Shown here piece after piece: positions 28,756-38,189 of a stretch of 54,427 bases of DNA (its first letter is position 1; every line of letters starts with the position of its first letter). This DNA comes from Verrucomicrobiota bacterium (GTDB lineage: Bacteria > Verrucomicrobiota > Verrucomicrobiia > Limisphaerales > SXQI01). The DNA is taken from contig JANRLX010000099.1 of the NCBI GenBank assembly GCA_033762115.1, positions 1-54,427 of the forward strand, in the 5' to 3' direction. Under the pieces are notes generated by a model. The model ran no database searches. It saw only the letters and a list, made by a program, of their open reading frames with translations, and was not told where the DNA came from. The translations under genes were made by a program, and so were the position numbers.

Positions 28756-29079
28756 ATGATTCAGAAAAGTTCGAACCATCCGAGCGGGAACCGGGAAAAC
28801 CAACCGGTTCAGAATGAAGAGGGCTCATCTCATTTACATGGCGGCAGCCATTCCTGTGAGTGCTGCGGCAATGAGTATGACAAGGCGATTGAGATCGTGT
28901 TCAACGGGATCTCCCATTATTTTGACTGCTTCGAGTGCGCCATTCACACTCTGGCACCAACGTGTGGGCATTGCGGCTGCAAAATTATCGGGCATGGGAT
29001 TGAAGCAGCGGGAACCATGTTTTGTTGCGCTCATTGCGCTGCCAGGCAGGGAGTCAACTCCGTACGGGACAGAGTCTGA
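28756..29079 (+). CDS. Cys/His-rich metallothionein-like protein
   Basis: CECCGNEYDK, FDCFECAIH, CGHCGC and FCCAHCA. Confidence 0.8.
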   Translation: MIQKSSNHPSGNRENQPVQNEEGSSHLHGGSHSCECCGNEYDKAIEIVFNGISHYFDCFECAIHTLAPTCGHCGCKIIGHGIEAAGTMFCCAHCAARQGVNSVRDRV

Positions 29080-29284
29080 TCAGCGTCGTTTTCGGAGCTG
29101 CATCGCAAGCACATCTTTGTTGAAGCCGAAGATTCTTCGTTTCCGGTTATTCCACCCAGATATCAGTATCCAGGGTCGTGGCCGGAACACCCTGAAGGAT
29201 GGCGGCAGATATTCCCGCTATTTGAAACCGGATTTTTTCCTCTCGGAGATTTTGTATAAGTTCATGGAGCGGAGAAATTTCCAC
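29079..29284 (-). pseudogene. Truncated nucleotidyltransferase pseudogene
   Basis: From GTG 29284 it reads VEISPLHELIQNLREEKIRFQIAGISAAILQGVPATTLDTDIWVE, then TAA at 29147-29149. Only about 70 nt remain before the convergent gene. Confidence 0.7.
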
Positions 29285-29385
29285 CGTTCGTCGGGAGTCG
29301 CGGCGAGGCTTCTTGCGTAAAGCAGGCGTTCCTGTTCGTCGAGGTGCGGCAATCTTTTTTCGAGGCGCTTTAGAATCGCTGCCAT
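29218..29385 (-). CDS. Small helical protein, partner of the truncated nucleotidyltransferase
   Basis: 55 aa with SLAATPDERW, parallel to LKMTDKERI in 5685-5897. It overlaps the start of the NTase fragment. Confidence 0.6.
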   Translation of the reverse strand: MAAILKRLEKRLPHLDEQERLLYARSLAATPDERWKFLRSMNLYKISERKKSGFK

Positions 29386-29456
29386 TTTTTTTGCACAATA
29401 CACTTTAACCTAAAACCTTCAGCCCAGTCGAGAATGGAAGAATCTCGCTTCAGCAC

Positions 29457-29484
29457 TGAAGTTTTTCCTCAATCCTGCCGATAC
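29457..29484 (+). promoter_or_regulatory. Sigma28 (FliA/SigD)-type promoter of fliD
   Basis: TGAAGTTT...GCCGATAC (TGAA-N16-GCCGATA), close to the consensus TAAA-N15/16-GCCGATA. It is followed by GGAG and the ATG. Confidence 0.75.
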
Positions 29485-29498
29485 TCCCTGGAGAAAGT

Positions 29499-31205
29499 AT
29501 GGATCTTGGAGTCTCTGGCTTGGCCTCAGGTTTCGACTGGCGCAGTTTGGTTGACCAGTTGGTTGATGTGGAACGTACTCCACAGAAACGACTTCGGCAG
29601 GAACAGAACCTGATCCAGCAGCGGAATAATGCCTATACCAGCATTAAAACCCAGCTTTCCCTCCTGCAAAGCCGGATTGAAGATTTACAAAAACCGGAGT
29701 TGTTTGGAAGTCGCACCACTTCCAGTTCTGATGAGGATGTCGCCACCTTGTCAGCCTCTGCCGGGGCGTTGCTCGGCTCGTTTTCCATCAACGTCACCCA
29801 GCTTGCCACTGCCGCCCGCCAACTCGGAAGTTCCAACGCCAGCAACCCTCTCAGCGTCACTGGTGATCTTTCCGCAATTTTATTGAGCGATGCGCCGCTT
29901 TCCACTGCCGTCACCGGCGGGACTTTCACGATCAATAACCAGGTTATTACCGTGGATACCGCAGAGACGATTCAGGATGTCCTGAACAAGATCAATGCCG
30001 CCTCGGGCGGAAATATCACCGCCTCCTACGATACAGGGACAGATCAATTAACTCTCCTGAGCAACGATGGTTCACCAATCATTTTGGGAAGCTCAGCCGA
30101 CACCAGCAACTTTCTTCGCGCTTTTAAATTAAGCAATAACGGGACTGATACCGTCACGAGCAGCAGCGCTTTGGGTGGGCTTAAGACCACTGTTTCGCTG
30201 GTCAATGCAAACCTGGCCACCGCGATTGATGACGGGGGCAGCGGCGCTGGTGAATTCAAGATCAACGGTGTTTCCATTTCCTTTGATGCGACTTCCAATT
30301 CCCTTGAGGATGTGATCGAACGGATCAACCGCTCCGAAGCGGGTGTGACTGCTTCCTACGATAAAGTGAATGACCGAATGATCCTGTCAAACAACCAGAC
30401 AGGTGATCTCGGCGTGGCGCTGGAGGATGTCACAGGTAATTTCCTGGCTGCCTCCGGTCTTACAACCGGCACGCTGGAACGAGGAAAAGACCTCATCTAC
30501 AAAATCAACGATGGTGATACTCTCACCAGCCAAAGCAACACGATCACAGAGGAGAGTTCCGGTCTGACGGGAATTTCCATTACCGCCCTGGACGAAGGGA
30601 CCACCCAGATCTCTGTCTCAACTGATACTTCCAAGATCAAGGAGACGATCAACGCCTTCATCACCGAGTATAACAAGGCTCAAAGCATCATCGACACAAA
30701 CACCGCGAGCACCACTGATGCCAAAGGGAAAGTGACCGCCGGGATTTTGGCAAGCGAGTCCGAAGCCAGCGATCTCGCTTCAAAGTTAAGATCCATGGTC
30801 ACTCAGGTGTTTTCCGGGTTAAGCGGCTCCATCAATCACCTTTCAGATATTGGGATTGAATCGAACGGGGATGATAACACCATTGCGCTGGAAAATGAGG
30901 AACTTCTGGATGACCTGATCAGTAATGATCTCGGCTCGCTCGAGGAGTTGTTCTCCAATTCCACTTCCGGGCTTGCCAGACAGTTTGCTGACTTCCTGGA
31001 CAAAACCATCGGCGATGAAGGCACTCTGATCGAGAAACAGGATTCGCTGACGGAAGATTCCGGCAATATCGACACGCAAATCGCCGATCTGGAGCGCCTG
31101 GTCGAATCCAACAGGCAACGGCTGATCGATAGTTTCGTGGCCATGGAAAAAGCCCAGGCCAATACCAATCAGCAATTGCAGTATTTGCAGCAACAATTCA
31201 AGTAA
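29499..31205 (+). CDS. fliD: Flagellar filament capping protein FliD
   Basis: FliD_N (VSGLASGFDWRSLVDQL...VTQLATA), two flagellin-IN-like repeats and FliD_C (INAFITEYN...LSDIGI...FVAMEKAQAN). Confidence 0.95.
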   Translation: MDLGVSGLASGFDWRSLVDQLVDVERTPQKRLRQEQNLIQQRNNAYTSIKTQLSLLQSRIEDLQKPELFGSRTTSSSDEDVATLSASAGALLGSFSINVTQLATAARQLGSSNASNPLSVTGDLSAILLSDAPLSTAVTGGTFTINNQVITVDTAETIQDVLNKINAASGGNITASYDTGTDQLTLLSNDGSPIILGSSADTSNFLRAFKLSNNGTDTVTSSSALGGLKTTVSLVNANLATAIDDGGSGAGEFKINGVSISFDATSNSLEDVIERINRSEAGVTASYDKVNDRMILSNNQTGDLGVALEDVTGNFLAASGLTTGTLERGKDLIYKINDGDTLTSQSNTITEESSGLTGISITALDEGTTQISVSTDTSKIKETINAFITEYNKAQSIIDTNTASTTDAKGKVTAGILASESEASDLASKLRSMVTQVFSGLSGSINHLSDIGIESNGDDNTIALENEELLDDLISNDLGSLEELFSNSTSGLARQFADFLDKTIGDEGTLIEKQDSLTEDSGNIDTQIADLERLVESNRQRLIDSFVAMEKAQANTNQQLQYLQQQFK

Positions 31206-31253
31206 GCCGCGGGGTTCTCGCTTGCGTCTTTTTCACGGTCAGTCCAGAACTGC

Positions 31254-32204
31254 GTGATGCGCCGTTTTTCCTTCCTGTGTCTTTCGCTGCTCTTCACGTT
31301 TGGAATTAGCGCCGGTGAAACTGCCTCTGTGTCCGTGGTCAGGATCGGCATGCAATATCACTTTAAGACAGGTGATCGCATTATTGCGATTTACCAGGCT
31401 GAACCCGGTGATCTTCCAAGGGAAAATATAAATCCAATTTACAGGCGGGGCGGTTACATTCATCCCCTTTTCACGCCCGAAGGGAAATCCGTGACGGACG
31501 ATTTTCCCACCAATCATATTCATCATCATGGAGTCTGGGCGGCATGGACCAACACTGAATTCGACGGACGAAAGCCGGACTTTTGGAATATGGGTTCCGG
31601 AAAAGGGAAGGTGGAGTTTGTTAGTGTGGAAAAAACCTGGAACGATCAAACAGGCGCGGGGCTCGTCGCTGAACATCGCTATATCGATCTGCTTGCCCCT
31701 GAACCCACCGCCGTCCTGTCAGAGCAATGGACCATTTCCGTCCCACGACAGCAGGAAAAGATGTTCGTCCTGGACCTTGCCATTACTCAACGCTGCCTGA
31801 CCGCAATCCCATTGCGCTTGCCCAAGTATCATTATGGTGGACTTGGTTTTCGCGGGCGCGGTGAATGGAATGGCACCAATCATCTTCAGTTGCTCACTTC
31901 GACCGGGGAGACCAACCGGCTGGTCGCCAACGAAAGTCGTGGTCGATGGTGTTACCTTGCAGGTGAAGTGGAGGGCGGAATTCGCGGGGTGCTGTTGATG
32001 AACCATCCCACCAACCTGCGACATCCTCAACCAATGCGTGTTCACCCGGACGAACCATTTTTTTGCTTCGCACCCTCGCAACTGGGTGAATGGGAGATTT
32101 CTCAGCAAAAGGGTTACCACGCCCGCTATCGTTTCGTCACCCTTGACGGCCCGCCCGATCCGGCATTATTCGAACGTCTTTGGAAAGAGTACACTTCCAA
32201 TTGA
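31254..32204 (+). CDS. Exported DUF6807/'PmoA-family' beta-sandwich protein, not a true methane monooxygenase
   Basis: YIHPLFTPEGKSVTDDFP.NH.HHHGVW, YGGLGFRG and NHPTNLRHP. The protein is soluble with a signal peptide. Confidence 0.8.
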   Translation: MMRRFSFLCLSLLFTFGISAGETASVSVVRIGMQYHFKTGDRIIAIYQAEPGDLPRENINPIYRRGGYIHPLFTPEGKSVTDDFPTNHIHHHGVWAAWTNTEFDGRKPDFWNMGSGKGKVEFVSVEKTWNDQTGAGLVAEHRYIDLLAPEPTAVLSEQWTISVPRQQEKMFVLDLAITQRCLTAIPLRLPKYHYGGLGFRGRGEWNGTNHLQLLTSTGETNRLVANESRGRWCYLAGEVEGGIRGVLLMNHPTNLRHPQPMRVHPDEPFFCFAPSQLGEWEISQQKGYHARYRFVTLDGPPDPALFERLWKEYTSN

Positions 32205-32242
32205 GTTCCCTGGTCCAATTCGATCTCGAATCCCGCGCGCGC

Positions 32243-32878
32243 ATGAGCGGAGGTTCCACTGCTTCTCATGTGTATTCAATGGTCCTCCGGGCCATGGATC
32301 AAAGAAAAATTTCCGGCGGACACCTGATTGATCTTGGTTGCGGAAATGGAGCTTTTCTTCAGCTTATTCAAAATCGGTTCTCGGTTTCCACCGGGGTGGA
32401 TGCAGTGCGTTATCAGGCGTTGCCTCCCTCCTCCCGCTTTATCCAGGAAAATTTGAATGAAGCCATTTGGGAATCACTGCCTCGCAACAAGGCAGATGTT
32501 GTGGTCGCCATCGAAACCATCGAACATCTCGAGAACCCACGGGCTTTCATGAGAAACGCGGTGAATCTCTGCAAGCCCGGTGGCTGGCTGATTGCAACCA
32601 CACCCAATCAACTCAGTTTTCTTAGCCTGCTCACGTTGATCGTCAAAGGCCGATTCAATGCTTTCCAGGATGTTCATTATCCAGCCCATCTCACTGCGCT
32701 GCTTCCGGTTGACCTGCTGCGCATCGGGCAGGAACTGCAACTGGAAGATCTCGATCTTGAGTTCGGCAAATGGGGCCGCATGCCAGGTCTGGCAATCCCT
32801 TTTCCCTCCATGATTTCACGTGCCTTTCCGCAACAATTTTCTGATCACCTGTTGCTCATCGGAAGGAAAGTGATGTGA
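32243..32878 (+). CDS. Class I SAM-dependent methyltransferase
   Basis: IDLGCGNG, ETIEHLENP and KPGGWLIATTPN. Confidence 0.92.
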   Translation: MSGGSTASHVYSMVLRAMDQRKISGGHLIDLGCGNGAFLQLIQNRFSVSTGVDAVRYQALPPSSRFIQENLNEAIWESLPRNKADVVVAIETIEHLENPRAFMRNAVNLCKPGGWLIATTPNQLSFLSLLTLIVKGRFNAFQDVHYPAHLTALLPVDLLRIGQELQLEDLDLEFGKWGRMPGLAIPFPSMISRAFPQQFSDHLLLIGRKVM

Positions 32879-33948
32879 AAACGAGGCATCGTTCACTCCT
32901 GGTCCTGCATGGACAAAGCAAAATTTTATCCACGTCATTTCAGTTGCGGGAACTCTCCAGGCATCTCACCCCTTGGTTCGATATTTATCATCATGAAATC
33001 AACAACGTGCCGGAAGCACGTTGGCGCTATTTCCTGGAACGATGGTTGAAGAACGTGGCCTGGCCTCGCGGTCATGACCTTGTTTTATACGGGAATGACG
33101 GCGTGGCCCGCTTGCCTGCAACCCTGGCTTCTATCGTTTACTGGATGGATGCCCCTGCGGATTGGTCAGCCCGACCGCCAGCCCAGATGGATATTGTGCA
33201 ACGAAACCGTTATGAAAATATTCGCCACTGTCGTTATCTTTTTGCTGTAAGCCAGACGCAACTCCGTGTCGGCAAGGCTTTGCGTCCTGCGCCGCGAGTG
33301 ACTGAGTATTTGCCTGTCGGAGTTGATTGCGCCCGCTTCAATCCGAACCTTCCTGGTGTAATTACCCAAAGCGAAAACTTTCGCAAACCTGGCAAGATCA
33401 TGATCGGTTACCTCGGCTACCTGGGAAAACGGGATGGACGCATCGCCGGGGAGCCGATTCTGGAAATCGCCCCGGCACTTTCAGCAAAACATCCGGTTCA
33501 TTTTTTAATTGTAGGCCATGGACCAGCCGCTCGCGATTGGGAACAACGGGCTCATGCCATGGGATTGGCGGACCAGTTTACATTTACAGGATTCATTGCC
33601 GATGACCTTGTGCCTGCAGCCATCGCAGCAATGGATATTTGTGTGGACACGCTCGAACCGGGGTTCCATAGCGAAGCGCGGTCAGAAACGAAATTGAAAC
33701 AGTACATGGCCATGGGCCGCGCATGCGTGGCGACTGCCATTGGCGAGAATGTGATCGACCTGGAGGATGGCAATGCAGGGATACTGACGCAACCTGCCGC
33801 CGCTTCTCTCCTCCAGGGAGTGGAACAACTGGTGGAAAATTCTTGGCTTCGCGGTGAGTTGGGAGCCAAAGCAAGAATACGGGCAGAGGGCGTGTACAAT
33901 TGGCCGGTGCTCGCCCGGAAAATGGTGAAGACCGTTCTGGATGCATGA
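32875..33948 (+). CDS. Glycosyltransferase family 4
   Basis: LPVGVD..RF, IGYLG, LIVGHGP, FTGFI, AMDICV and KLKQYMAMGRACVAT. Confidence 0.9.
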   Translation: MKTRHRSLLVLHGQSKILSTSFQLRELSRHLTPWFDIYHHEINNVPEARWRYFLERWLKNVAWPRGHDLVLYGNDGVARLPATLASIVYWMDAPADWSARPPAQMDIVQRNRYENIRHCRYLFAVSQTQLRVGKALRPAPRVTEYLPVGVDCARFNPNLPGVITQSENFRKPGKIMIGYLGYLGKRDGRIAGEPILEIAPALSAKHPVHFLIVGHGPAARDWEQRAHAMGLADQFTFTGFIADDLVPAAIAAMDICVDTLEPGFHSEARSETKLKQYMAMGRACVATAIGENVIDLEDGNAGILTQPAAASLLQGVEQLVENSWLRGELGAKARIRAEGVYNWPVLARKMVKTVLDA

Positions 33949-35327
33949 ATAACCTGACCGGAAATTCAGGCAAATTTCAAAGGACACTCCTGGTCTGGTT
34001 GATTCTTTGCGCGGCAATCCGGTTGATCGCACTGTTCCTGCTGCCACATCAGCGAGAATTCTTTCTGGATCGTGAAACGGCCTCGAAAAACAGCGGGCAC
34101 TTGACCTGGGTGGAAATCATCGCCCGTCGAACAGATTACCAGCCTTTGACCGTCGATGAGCATTGCTATGATGAAATGGCCCGAAATCTCCTGGCAGGAC
34201 GCGGCTTTGTCCTCGACTCGGTGTGGATCATCAACACACCGGGCGAACCGGCCATGTACGCAGGGTGCAGTTACCCGTTGTTTATCGCAGCTCTTTACGG
34301 AATTTGTGGAAGCGCCTCGCAATGGCCGGTGTATCTTTCACAAATCACCCTCCAGGTCCTTGCACTATGGTTTGTTTACAGGGCCGCTGAAAATTGGGGT
34401 GGCCCGTTTGCCGCAAATTTCGCATCTGCTTTCTTTACCTTTCACCCCGTCTTGATCTGGCTTTCCTTATCGATGATGAGTGAAGCGTTGCTTGTGCCTG
34501 GAGCAGCATTTCTTTGTTGGATTTTTTCACGAACTCAAATCAGTCGCAGTTTGGCTTTTGTCACAGGAGTATCCCTCGGGGTCATGGCACTGGCACGTTC
34601 GACAGCAACTGTCTTCCTCGTGGTGGCGCTTTGTTTCATGTTTTTCAGGAGTTCCCCTTCTTTTTCCCAACGTCTTCAACAGACATTTATGCTCCTGCTT
34701 GCGTTTATTTTAATCTGCGCCCCCTGGACTTACCGAAACTATGTTCACTGGAATCGATTCATCCCATTTTCAACGAAGTCCGGAGTGAACGCCTGGTTTT
34801 TTAACCATCCAGGTCTGGAGCCCGAGTTCAATCGCAAGGCTGTGGAAGGTCCTCAGCCAATTGATATTTTTGATCCTCGAATCCAGGGGCTTCCCGATGA
34901 GGCCGCGCGCAACGATCAGCTCATGAAAATGTTCCAGGATTTCGTGTTTCGTGAGCCGGTAAAATTTCTCGGTTTATGTTGGGTGCGGTTCTGGATGGCG
35001 CTGCTGCCAGTAAGAATTACCTCCACCACTTTGAACGCGCTGATTTCCGCTTGGTACGTCAAAGGCATTCCCCTCCTGCTGCTCATCATGCTGGGAATTC
35101 GAAGTTTTCGAAATCACTCCTTCATTTCCTCTCTCTCCAACGCGCTCCGCCGCTATTGGCCACTCCTGTTGCTGGTGCTTCTTTGGCAGGGAATCCAGAC
35201 GCTGGCCGGACCTGGAATGCGCTATCGATTACCCGTGGAACCGGCATGGGCAATTATTATCGGTTTAATGGGTGCAGCGGCATTTTCCAAACGCCCCCGA
35301 AATTTGGAGGGTCAGTCTGAATCCTGA
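33945..35327 (+). CDS. GT-C fold membrane glycosyltransferase (GT39/ArnT/PMT-like)
   Basis: DEHCYDEMARNLLAGRGF, YPLFIA, multiple TMs, PWTYRNY and RYRLPVEP. ATGA coupling to the upstream gene. Confidence 0.85.
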   Translation: MNNLTGNSGKFQRTLLVWLILCAAIRLIALFLLPHQREFFLDRETASKNSGHLTWVEIIARRTDYQPLTVDEHCYDEMARNLLAGRGFVLDSVWIINTPGEPAMYAGCSYPLFIAALYGICGSASQWPVYLSQITLQVLALWFVYRAAENWGGPFAANFASAFFTFHPVLIWLSLSMMSEALLVPGAAFLCWIFSRTQISRSLAFVTGVSLGVMALARSTATVFLVVALCFMFFRSSPSFSQRLQQTFMLLLAFILICAPWTYRNYVHWNRFIPFSTKSGVNAWFFNHPGLEPEFNRKAVEGPQPIDIFDPRIQGLPDEAARNDQLMKMFQDFVFREPVKFLGLCWVRFWMALLPVRITSTTLNALISAWYVKGIPLLLLIMLGIRSFRNHSFISSLSNALRRYWPLLLLVLLWQGIQTLAGPGMRYRLPVEPAWAIIIGLMGAAAFSKRPRNLEGQSES

Positions 35328-35340
35328 ATTTTCATCAGAG

Positions 35341-36714
35341 TTGCGCCACCCGATCACCGCGCGTTTCAAGGCGATTCTCCAGAGCAACGCCCTCATCAAT
35401 GGCGTGGTTCTCTCTGCGATTTGCGTGGGATTTTTTCATGGCTGGCTCAAGATTCATATCCGGCACCCCGCCATCACTTTTTTATTTGATGCATTGTTGG
35501 GACTTGCATTGCTGCTTGTCTATTCCCGCAAAGAGCCGGAAGAGCGGTTCTTTCCCGGCAGCGCCATCGGAAAAGCACTGCTGCTGTTTTATGTTCTTTG
35601 CTTCGTTTATCTTTTTATTCCCGGCGCGCCGCCGTTGCTTGTTGCGCTGGCGGCGTTACGAGGCTGGTGCTTTGCCTCCCTGATCTACTGTCTTGGGTAT
35701 CACCTGACTCACAGCGTTGCCCAGGTGAAAGGTTATTTTTACGTCCTGATTTTGCTGGGGGTACTGACTGCAATTTATGGCATTCAGCAAACTCCCGAAA
35801 AAGTTCAGAAAATGGTGATCAAGGACAAACAGATCGCGGAACGTTACAAAGGAATTTATTATGCTGACAAGAGTGGGAAACTCGAGTTGCGCCGCTTCTC
35901 CACGTTTGTCTCCTCTGGTGTTTTTGGCGGAGTCATGGCTTACGTCATTATCTTTGCGGTTGCCCTGCTTTCCGACAAGGAATCATCGGCCAGGGAAAGA
36001 ATATTGCTGGTCGCGGCAATTCTTCCGATTTCCTACGGTCTCGTCCTTTCGGGCGCTCGGAGCGCCTTGATCATGATGGGGGTGGGTTTTGCCACAATCG
36101 CCTGGCAAAGACGCCGGTTACAAACGCTCGTTCTGCTTCCGGCAATTATTTTTCTCGGGATTCATTTCGGGGTTACTAAAACAGGTGGCAAAGCGGTGGA
36201 ACGATATGGGACATTGCTCGAGACTCAGACAATCGCCGACCGTCTCTATTATCCAACCTGGATCGGTTGGCAATCGATCAAGGAAAACCCTCTCGGGAAC
36301 GGTCTCGGAAAAAGCGGCTACAGTGTGCCTTTTTTTCTGTCAGGCAAACTCGGCTATAAAGATTTTAAAACTGCTGATGGGGATCTGGGCTGCCTGATGA
36401 TCGAGATGGGAATCCCCGGTGTGATTGTCTTTTGCTGGCTGCTCTGGACGATTCTAAAGGCCTTGTTTAATGACCTCAACCAGCTCAAAGACACCCCTCT
36501 GGCCAGCATCGCCCTGGCCTGCGCGGGATGTATCGTCATCGCCATTGTGATTTTTCCGATTGGCTCTCCGTTTCTCGGGATTCCCACCGGCGCATTGACC
36601 TGGTTTTTTCTGGGAACATTGGAAAAGCTAACCCGCCAGTCTGCGAGTCAAGTCCCAATGCAGCCAAAGGTCTCTCCGGAAAAACGTTTTCTTTATTACC
36701 ATCCGGAACAATGA
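35341..36714 (+). CDS. O-antigen ligase/Wzy polymerase-like membrane protein; start uncertain
   Basis: About 12 TMs, RRFSTF, LSGARSA, ENPLGNGLG and EMGIPG. Confidence 0.8.
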   Translation: MRHPITARFKAILQSNALINGVVLSAICVGFFHGWLKIHIRHPAITFLFDALLGLALLLVYSRKEPEERFFPGSAIGKALLLFYVLCFVYLFIPGAPPLLVALAALRGWCFASLIYCLGYHLTHSVAQVKGYFYVLILLGVLTAIYGIQQTPEKVQKMVIKDKQIAERYKGIYYADKSGKLELRRFSTFVSSGVFGGVMAYVIIFAVALLSDKESSARERILLVAAILPISYGLVLSGARSALIMMGVGFATIAWQRRRLQTLVLLPAIIFLGIHFGVTKTGGKAVERYGTLLETQTIADRLYYPTWIGWQSIKENPLGNGLGKSGYSVPFFLSGKLGYKDFKTADGDLGCLMIEMGIPGVIVFCWLLWTILKALFNDLNQLKDTPLASIALACAGCIVIAIVIFPIGSPFLGIPTGALTWFFLGTLEKLTRQSASQVPMQPKVSPEKRFLYYHPEQ

Positions 36715-37841
36715 AAATCGCCCTGGTGGTCCATGATGCGTTGCGGGGAGTGGGCCACGGCCGCTATGTGGTGGAATTGGCAAATGCGCTCTCTCTTGCA
36801 GATGAAGTAACGGTAGTCGCAAATCGCTTTGACCCGGAATTGGCTGAAGCCGTGAAGCGGGAAAAAATTTCAGCCATTCGATGGAATGCCCTCAGCTCGA
36901 TTTTTACTTTTTACGCGAATTCCTCACGTCGCTTAAGACAACTTCAGTTCGATCTGGTGCATGCACAGGGGTTAACCTGTGCCCACGCTGAAGTGATCAC
37001 CGCGCACATCTGCAATGCGGCGAGGAGCAACAGGTCAGGTCATCGGCTGCCATTGCGAAATCGTCTTTTTCCAAAGCTGGTGGTTCCAGCCGAGAAATCA
37101 TTTTACCAAAAAAATAAGAATGCAGCGATCATCGCCATTTCAAAAGTCGTCGCCGAGGAACTAAAAACTCATTACAGCGTGCAGACCTCCAGGGTGATTT
37201 ATCATGGAGTCGATTCAACCCGTTTTCATCCCCCCACTCTGCACGAACGGTCGGCGGCTCGACTGGCTTTTAATCTTCCCACGTCCGGGCCAGTCTGGTT
37301 GTTCATGGGGGAAGCAATCAAAGGGTTGGATGAAACGTTTGCGCTGCTTGCAACATTTCCGACTGCCCGGTTGCTTGTGGTGACGCGTTCGGATGCTCGG
37401 TTTTATCGATCTCATGCAAAAAGTCTTGGTATCGCTGATCGGGTTTTCTGGGCTGGACCGTTATCAAATCCTGAACGTGCTTTTCACGCGGCAGATTTGT
37501 TTATTTACCCATCCTCTTACGACGCTTTCGGAATGGTGGTCAGTGAAGCGATGGCCTCAGGGTTACCGACGCTGGTGGGCGCTGGCATTGGAGCGGCAGA
37601 ATGGATCAAGAATCGGATTAATGGTTTTGTGCTTCCAATTGAATCCTCGGAAAAGTGGCACCTGGTGTTGCAAGAGCTTCATGAGAAAACGGAATTTGCC
37701 GCCGAAATTGGCGCGGCAGCGCGCATGACAGCAATGGAACATTCCTGGGCGAAATGCGTTGAGCAAACAAAAGCGATTTATGAAGCGGTTTCCGAAATTA
37801 ACGGGAAAGCGCAAGGATCAGGAAAATTTCCAAAGCAGTGA
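36711..37841 (+). CDS. Glycosyltransferase family 4
   Basis: MKIALVV, IYHGVD..RF, KGL and YDAFGMVVSEAMASGLP. Confidence 0.93.
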   Translation: MKIALVVHDALRGVGHGRYVVELANALSLADEVTVVANRFDPELAEAVKREKISAIRWNALSSIFTFYANSSRRLRQLQFDLVHAQGLTCAHAEVITAHICNAARSNRSGHRLPLRNRLFPKLVVPAEKSFYQKNKNAAIIAISKVVAEELKTHYSVQTSRVIYHGVDSTRFHPPTLHERSAARLAFNLPTSGPVWLFMGEAIKGLDETFALLATFPTARLLVVTRSDARFYRSHAKSLGIADRVFWAGPLSNPERAFHAADLFIYPSSYDAFGMVVSEAMASGLPTLVGAGIGAAEWIKNRINGFVLPIESSEKWHLVLQELHEKTEFAAEIGAAARMTAMEHSWAKCVEQTKAIYEAVSEINGKAQGSGKFPKQ

Positions 37842-38184
37842 CCCCGAACACAACTCCCCATGTGGCAAGCTCTCGAAGCAATAATTTTTTTTGAGGTGGC
37901 GGACTAAGCCAGATCGAGAGTTTGCAGGAGCCTATTTCAAGAAGGTCACCGTTGCGCAAGGTTCCCACAGGTACCGGGTTCCCGTTTTGCAGAGTGGTTG
38001 CCCCTTCCTGGGTGGCAAACTGAATTTTTTCATTACTAAAGCAAATCTGGAGATGCTGATCCCAAACGCCGGGTTCCTCAATGCGGAGGGTGCTTGAAGA
38101 AGAGCGGCCAACAAAAGCCGGAAGGATTGAAAAGGTGTGAATCTCGCCAGCTCTTTTTCCTGAAAGGATTTTAAGCTGGAGCAT
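37798..38184 (-). CDS. FHA-domain protein with a C-terminal TM helix
   Basis: VGRS, GVWDQH, TLQNG and LRNGDLLEIG, followed by a hydrophobic C-terminus. Confidence 0.85.
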   Translation of the reverse strand: MLQLKILSGKRAGEIHTFSILPAFVGRSSSSTLRIEEPGVWDQHLQICFSNEKIQFATQEGATTLQNGNPVPVGTLRNGDLLEIGSCKLSIWLSPPPQKKLLLRELATWGVVFGVTALEIFLILALSR

Positions 38185-38189
38185 TCCGG

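Noticed and set aside
31254..32204. Particulate methane monooxygenase subunit
   Set aside because: It is a soluble exported beta protein of the misleadingly named family. It has no multi-TM topology and there is no pmoC or pmoB.
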